Shown piece after piece: positions 58,155-64,000 of a DNA stretch of 64,000 bases (positions are counted from its first letter, which is position 1; every line of letters begins with the position of its first letter). Source of the stretch: Clostridiales bacterium (GTDB lineage Bacteria > Bacillota > Clostridia > Christensenellales > JAISNN01); contig JAITOU010000001.1 in assembly GCA_031289755.1 (NCBI GenBank), positions 3,316 through 67,315 on the forward strand, given 5' to 3'. A program made the translations under genes and the position numbers. The notes under the pieces are model-generated. The model worked only from the letters and a program-made list of their open reading frames with translations, made no database searches and had not been told where the DNA came from.

Positions 58155-58562
58155 ATCAACCCTTCTTTTTTTATGTATATTTACGCTCTCAACAATCACT
58201 GCCGCCTTTAAAGAATAGGCGTGCTTCTTATTTTGAAAGCATTCTCATACATTGTATTGCGCAAGGGAAAATTTAGTGAATAGCGTATTTTGCAACACCG
58301 TTTAAATCGTATAAATTTTATTTTTTTCGACAATCTCTATTGCAATTAGACATGATGTGATGTATAATATTAGAGAATGTTCATACATAATTCACACTCT
58401 TTCTTTTGCGTGCCGCTTATTTTATTTATACACTTTTACTCCTTTGCTTTTATCAATATTTTGCGTTAAATATTTTGAGCTGTACCGACGTTCATTTTAT
58501 TAGAAACCTAAAAGTTTGACATAAACACGACAATACAACAAAATCTAAGGAGCAAATTTATT

Positions 58563-60353
58563 ATGAATCTCTTTAAAAGATTACTCTTGTACATACTGAC
58601 GGCGTTTGCCGCCGCAGACGCGATACTTAATTACGCCTGCTTCCGTATCGGTTACGTTCAAATCGACCACGAGCTTTTTAACGGGTTTTGCTATATGCTG
58701 TTAGGCATAATGTTTTTGAACGCCGCATTTTTGCTTTTTTGTTCGATTTTTTATACAAAAAAGAAAACTAAGCCGCATTTAGCCATAAAAATCATATTTA
58801 TTTTTAATGCACTTCTCACCTTTCTCTTTACGGTGGTCAACTATGTGACCTTAGACCTGGCAAAAGGCGAAGCGACGTTAATACTCTTTATGAATGCTTT
58901 GCCTCTCATTATCGCCGTCGTCGCCGTTCCTTTCCTGCTCTTTGCATTCCCAAAAATCGAAGCAAAAAAGAGAACGGTTATCGCCGTCATTCTCTGCACG
59001 GTTTTTGCCGCGTCGATTTTGTCTTCGGTCTTTAAGGTCTTTCCTTTGGAATTCAAATTTGAAAGTCAGCCGCTCGTTCTCGATATCGGCACGGGCGATT
59101 ATTCCGTAGTATGGAGTACAAACGCCGATTCGGTCGGATATCTCGAATACACCTACGCCGGAGAAGATTATATAGTCTATTCGATAGACGAAGGCAACAA
59201 AAAAGCCGGTCGCGTTCACTCCGCTATCGTACCGCGTGAGCATTTGGAAAACAACGCTTACAGCGTACATTCTTCAAAGGTATTAGACCTGCTCCCTTAC
59301 GGCGGACTGCTCGGCAAGACCATCGATTCAAAAACCTACAACTTTAAAGGCGCACGCGACGGCGGCGCGGACATCAATATACAGTCATATTCCGATTGGC
59401 ATCAGCTCACAGATTTGCTTCTCCAAACGTCGTCATATTTGGACAAAGCCGACCTTGTGCTTTTGATGGGCGACTATGCCGATTATTATGTCAGCGAACA
59501 GCAGGTCATCAACAACGTCCTGCTCGGCGGCGGTCTTGTCACAAATAGCGAAGTCCCGGCGATTTTTGTCAAGGGCAATCACGAAACGAGAAGCGACGGC
59601 TTGTTTAAGCTTTGGCAAAGTCTCGGCATAGACCGTATGTATTATCAGGTCGAAAGAGGCCCTTATATGTTTACCGTATTAGACACCGGCGAAGGCGACT
59701 CGGACGACTTCTGGGAACAAGGTCCTTACAACGCTTTCGAGCAATACATGGCTATCGAAACGGAATGGTTTAATTCCCTGCCCGACAATAACGGCTTGTA
59801 CAACATCGTACTGCTCCACAACAGAAGCTATTCGCCTTATTCCGACTTCAACGAAATATACCGTCAAAAGCTCTTGGATATGGATGTCAAATTAACTGTC
59901 AGCGGACATTCTCACGCTATGCGTCTTACCTATGAAAGAACAAACGCATATTATATGTTAGAGGACGGCGGAAGAAATTCAGCCGAAGGTAACGTTTCGA
60001 TTTTAGACCTGATTCTCGGCAGCAAAAAACGCAATATAGAGAATTTCAAAAGATTATTCGCAAACGTACAGTATTACTTTGCATCACAAATAACCTTCTC
60101 CGGCAATGACGTAATCTTCTTGGGCTACGACAACTTGGGCAACGTCCTGTTGGACAAAACCAAAGACAAATATCCCGTAATTGTAGACCCTTGCGATATG
60201 TGCGAGGACTGCGACCCGTCGTGCGCTGATTGCGAGAAGTGCGCCCCTGACCCCGACGCCATAACCGACCCTACCGACCCCGAATACGAAGACCCTTGCG
60301 AAAAGTGTCCGGGCTGCGCTATGCACGACCCGAAGCCGACTCCTGCCGAATAA
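58563..60353 (+). CDS. Membrane-bound metallophosphoesterase (purple acid phosphatase-like) with Cys-rich tail
   Basis: About 5 N-terminal TMs; SDWH, MGD, KGNHE, LLH, SGHSH. Confidence 0.88.
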   Translation: MNLFKRLLLYILTAFAAADAILNYACFRIGYVQIDHELFNGFCYMLLGIMFLNAAFLLFCSIFYTKKKTKPHLAIKIIFIFNALLTFLFTVVNYVTLDLAKGEATLILFMNALPLIIAVVAVPFLLFAFPKIEAKKRTVIAVILCTVFAASILSSVFKVFPLEFKFESQPLVLDIGTGDYSVVWSTNADSVGYLEYTYAGEDYIVYSIDEGNKKAGRVHSAIVPREHLENNAYSVHSSKVLDLLPYGGLLGKTIDSKTYNFKGARDGGADINIQSYSDWHQLTDLLLQTSSYLDKADLVLLMGDYADYYVSEQQVINNVLLGGGLVTNSEVPAIFVKGNHETRSDGLFKLWQSLGIDRMYYQVERGPYMFTVLDTGEGDSDDFWEQGPYNAFEQYMAIETEWFNSLPDNNGLYNIVLLHNRSYSPYSDFNEIYRQKLLDMDVKLTVSGHSHAMRLTYERTNAYYMLEDGGRNSAEGNVSILDLILGSKKRNIENFKRLFANVQYYFASQITFSGNDVIFLGYDNLGNVLLDKTKDKYPVIVDPCDMCEDCDPSCADCEKCAPDPDAITDPTDPEYEDPCEKCPGCAMHDPKPTPAE

Positions 60354-60472
60354 TTTTCATCAGACTACTTGCAAAAAACAAATAAAAAAAAGACTGTGAA
60401 AACAGTCTTTTTTTGCGGTCTTATACCGCGGTGTTTGTCATAAAAAGCATACTTGCCGACCGCTTTACGCTT

Positions 60473-61018
60473 TTAATCTCCGTTTATCAACGCATAATAT
60501 TTGACCGAATGATACCGCTCTCTCTCATATGCCGCGTCGACCTGCATACCTTCGTAGGTCATGCCGAGCTTCTGCATTACCCTGCCCGACCTTTCATTTT
60601 CGGCAAAGTGCCGGGCTTCTATCCTGTGGATATGCAGCGTTTCAAAGAGATAGTCAATCACAGCCGACATGGCTTCGACGGCGTAGCCGTTTCCCCAATA
60701 TTTTTTATTCAGGATATAGCCTATCTCCGCCGTGTGCGGAAATTTTGAAGTATTCATAACTCCGCCGCCGCCGATGACCTTACCGTTTTCTTTGGACACT
60801 ATCGCATAATCATAAGCCGTTTTGTTCTCGTACCTTATCCGCATATTGCTCAAAAAGTCAACGGTATCGTATATACATTTGTGCGTGTCAAAGGTCGTAT
60901 ACAGCGTCGTTTCGGGGTCGCCGGCATATTCAAATATATCGACGGCATCCTGAAAAGCGTAGGCGCGTAAAATCAGTCTGTCTGTCTTTAAAATAGGCGG
61001 AAAAACATCGTCCGGCAT
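60473..61018 (-). CDS. GNAT N-acetyltransferase (RimJ/RimL-like)
   Basis: TDRLILR, EIGY...YWGNGYAVEA, NERSGRVMQKLGM. Confidence 0.92.
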   Translation of the reverse strand: MPDDVFPPILKTDRLILRAYAFQDAVDIFEYAGDPETTLYTTFDTHKCIYDTVDFLSNMRIRYENKTAYDYAIVSKENGKVIGGGGVMNTSKFPHTAEIGYILNKKYWGNGYAVEAMSAVIDYLFETLHIHRIEARHFAENERSGRVMQKLGMTYEGMQVDAAYERERYHSVKYYALINGD

Positions 61019-61059
61019 ATTATCTCTCTCCCCGTTTTAAAATGCGGAGTTGCTTATCG

Positions 61060-62436
61060 TCACAGATGAAGTATTATCGTAGCCATTCCGAAATAAAACA
61101 ACAAGCCCAGCCCGTCTACTATCGTCGATATGACCGGAGCCGCCATAAGAGCCGGGTCAATCTTGATTTTTTTTGCGACGATAGGCAGCATACAACCGAC
61201 CATTTTTGCCGCGACTATCGTAAACATGACGCTTATGGCTATGACAAACGCCGTTTTGAGCGTTCCCTGTTCGAGATTCGGGTATTGTATCAGCACTCTC
61301 AAAAAATTGAATAGCCCGAGCGCAACGCCTATCATAAGCGACACGCGGATTTCCTTCCACAGAACCTTATAATAGTCCTTGACGGTTATCTCACCGAGCG
61401 CAAGTCCGCGAATAATAAGCGTAGATGCCTGCGAGCCGGCATTGCCGCCCGTTCCCGTAATCATAGGAATAAAGATGACAAGTATTCCTATCAGGGCGTC
61501 CTCAAAGGCTTCGAGCAGTAAGCCTATTAGCATTCCCGACACCATGAGAATACTCAGCCATGTCAGCCTGTTTTTTGCAAGCTCCCAAATGGAAGATTTG
61601 AGATAGGTTTTTTCGGACGGACGGAGAGCCGCCATTTTTTCAAAGTCTTCGGTGTTTTCCTCTTGTATGACGTCTACTACGTCGTCGATTGTCACTATGC
61701 CGACAAGGCGGTTTTCGCGGTCGAGTATCGGAAGCGATAACAGTCCGTACTTTTGAAAAATCGCACTGATATTTTCTCTGTCGTCGTTTGTGTAGGCATA
61801 GATAAAATTTGTGTCCATCAACCGTCCGATGATGTCGCCGTTGTCGGCAAAGAGCAGCTTTCTCAAAGACACTACGCCTTCGAGTACCCTGTTTTCGTTG
61901 GTGACGTAGACGGTGTAGACCGTTTCCTTATTTAGACCTACGCGGCGGATTTTGCTTATGGCGTCCTCGACGGTGTAGTTTTGATTGACATTGATGTATT
62001 CGATGGTCATAATGCTTCCGGCACTGTCTTCGGGGTACTGCAAAAAGGTATTGATATCCTTTCTCATGTCGGGATTTGTCTTAGCCAAGACCTTCAAAAC
62101 CCTGTCCACGACATAAGCCGGCATTTCTTCCAAATAGTCAACCGTATCGTCGAGAAACAATTCTTCCAAAACCGAAGCGATTTCGCTTTCCGAAAAGGAC
62201 ATCGTCAAATCTTCCTGAATATCTCCGTCGAGATGAGCAAAGACGTCCGCCGCCAATTCTTTTTTTAACACGCGGAATGCCAGCATACGCTCCTTTTGAG
62301 TCAGCGTGGCAATAAAGGAAGCGATATCGTACGGAAACATATCATTGAGCGTATCTCTCAATGTCCGATAATCTTTTTGTGCAATCAAAGCGGCTATTTC
62401 ATCGGTGTTTATGCGGTCTTCAAAATTGTCGTCCAT
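61060..62436 (-). CDS. mgtE: Magnesium transporter MgtE (copy 2)
   Basis: YPEDSAGSIMT, CBS pair, GGNAGSQ, DPALMAAP...D. Confidence 0.96.
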   Translation of the reverse strand: MDDNFEDRINTDEIAALIAQKDYRTLRDTLNDMFPYDIASFIATLTQKERMLAFRVLKKELAADVFAHLDGDIQEDLTMSFSESEIASVLEELFLDDTVDYLEEMPAYVVDRVLKVLAKTNPDMRKDINTFLQYPEDSAGSIMTIEYINVNQNYTVEDAISKIRRVGLNKETVYTVYVTNENRVLEGVVSLRKLLFADNGDIIGRLMDTNFIYAYTNDDRENISAIFQKYGLLSLPILDRENRLVGIVTIDDVVDVIQEENTEDFEKMAALRPSEKTYLKSSIWELAKNRLTWLSILMVSGMLIGLLLEAFEDALIGILVIFIPMITGTGGNAGSQASTLIIRGLALGEITVKDYYKVLWKEIRVSLMIGVALGLFNFLRVLIQYPNLEQGTLKTAFVIAISVMFTIVAAKMVGCMLPIVAKKIKIDPALMAAPVISTIVDGLGLLFYFGMATIILHL

Positions 62437-62480
62437 ATCCTTCCCCCTTTAAAAATTTTGTAATTATTATATCTTTAAGC

Positions 62481-63842
62481 TTATATCTTTAACAAGAGCT
62501 TTGCCATGCCGAAATAAAACATCAGCGACATAGCGTCCACCATAGTCGCTATGAGCGGCGCAGCCATAATAGCCGGGTCGAGTTTGAGCCTTTTGGCGAT
62601 GAGCGGAAGCATACCGCCGATGAGCTTTGCCGCGACGACGGTAAAAAGCACGCTTATCGATATGACGAAAGCCGTCTGAAACTGTCCCGTCGGCACGTCG
62701 CGGTATTGTATGATGAATCTCAAAAACATAAAAACGCCGAGTGCCAAGCCTATCAGGAGCGATATGCGAAATTCCTTCCAGAGTACCTTGCGGTAATCCT
62801 TTGTCGTTATCTCCCCCAAAGCAAGTCCGCGTATAATGAGCGTAGACGACTGAGAGCCGGCGTTGCCGCCCGTGTCGGTCATCATCGGAATAAATATTAC
62901 GAGTATTCCGATAAGAGCTTCCTTAAAGATACCGAGCAGCGACCCGACGAGCATACCCGACAGCATGAGTACGAGCAGCCAAACTATTCTGTTTTTTGCG
63001 AGCGTAAAGACCGACGATTTGAGATAAGGCTTTTCGGACGGACGCAATGCCGCCATTTTTTCAAAATCCTCGGTATCGGACTCTTGTATGACGTCTACGA
63101 TGTCGTCGATAGTTATTATGCCGACTATACGGTGTTCGGCATCGATGACGGGAAGCGACATAAAGTCGTATTTTTTAAATATCGCCGAAACCTTTTCTTT
63201 GTCGTCGTTTGTGTTTGCAAAAATCACGTTGTCGTCCATGATGTCGGCTACGATATTTTCGTTTTTTGCCAGCAAAAGGTCTTTGACCGTTACGATGCCT
63301 TCGAGTATTCTCTTGCCGTCGGTGACGTATGCCGTATAGACCGTTTCCTTGTCTATGCCGGTACGCCTTATGCGGCGGATAGCTTCTTCGACGGTATAAT
63401 TTTTATTGAGATTGACGTATTCGATGGTCATCAGACTGCCCGCGCTGTCTTCGGGGTATTGCAAAAACTGATTTATGATTTTGCGCTTGTCGGGGTCGGC
63501 TCTCTCCAAAACCCTTTGGACGACATATGCCGGCATTTCTTCCAAAAAATCCACCGTGTCGTCGAGAAATAATTCGTTCAAGACTCCCGAAATTTCTTCG
63601 TCGGTAAACGACATGATGAGCATCTGCTGCACGTCGGTGTCGAGATACGCAAAGACTTCGGCTGCAAGCTCTTTCGGCAATATTCTATATACGAGCAAGC
63701 GGTCTTTAGCGTCTTTTTCCATGATGTATTCGGCTATATCCGCCGGATTCATGTTGCCCAAAACCGTGCGCAGCTTATGAAACTTTTTTTCGTTCAACAG
63801 CGTCGTCAGTACTTCAAAAACGTCATTTTCTTTTTCTTCCAC
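62481..63842 (-). CDS. mgtE: Magnesium transporter MgtE (copy 1)
   Basis: Same motifs; GTG start after AAGGAGG. Confidence 0.96.
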   Translation of the reverse strand: MEEKENDVFEVLTTLLNEKKFHKLRTVLGNMNPADIAEYIMEKDAKDRLLVYRILPKELAAEVFAYLDTDVQQMLIMSFTDEEISGVLNELFLDDTVDFLEEMPAYVVQRVLERADPDKRKIINQFLQYPEDSAGSLMTIEYVNLNKNYTVEEAIRRIRRTGIDKETVYTAYVTDGKRILEGIVTVKDLLLAKNENIVADIMDDNVIFANTNDDKEKVSAIFKKYDFMSLPVIDAEHRIVGIITIDDIVDVIQESDTEDFEKMAALRPSEKPYLKSSVFTLAKNRIVWLLVLMLSGMLVGSLLGIFKEALIGILVIFIPMMTDTGGNAGSQSSTLIIRGLALGEITTKDYRKVLWKEFRISLLIGLALGVFMFLRFIIQYRDVPTGQFQTAFVISISVLFTVVAAKLIGGMLPLIAKRLKLDPAIMAAPLIATMVDAMSLMFYFGMAKLLLKI

Positions 63843-64000
63843 AACCGCCCCTCCTTTTTTGTTATTACTTGCGAATATCGGCTTATTTAAGCCGCTTTCG
63901 GCGATACCGTACGCCGTACTGTACTGTCTAAAACGTCAGATTATCCCCCGCATATTTGTTTTCGGCGGTACTGTACGCCGTATAGTATAAACCGACGCTT

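Overview
64 kb of chromosome from a spore-forming Clostridia-type Firmicute, with genes mostly on the minus strand. The core is housekeeping: murD-ftsW/spoVE-murA, rnhA-hisB-hisA-hisIE-pgi, proC, recX, icd, fhs, rplS, pyrKD, ilvE, tyrS, asp23-nusB-folD-xseA, tandem mgtE and four tRNAs. Spore and surface genes include a collagen-like protein, a SleC-like cortex hydrolase and a repeat-rich surface protein. Main accessory signals: (1) a G9 tract inside a leader ORF at 38.3-38.5 kb, placed so that only the +1 G (or -2 G) frame translates into an intrinsic terminator, i.e. a candidate phase-variable attenuator for an orphan Zn-ribbon/helical-repeat/membrane gene; (2) an AT-rich cassette at 4.4-6.4 kb of paralogous Zn-ribbon mini-proteins and a B-box membrane protein, divergent from a leaderless HTH repressor with a perfect palindromic operator, one paralog hidden by a frameshift; (3) a complete FokI-like type IIS R-M system next to tRNA-Trp, with two GGATG sites just upstream of its MTase; (4) two tRNAs with C at position 55; (5) an orphan cluster of three perfect DnaA boxes; (6) MITE- and REP-like palindromes whose ends abut TATAAT. 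All calls are by eye from motifs and recalled family sequences; no database search was run.
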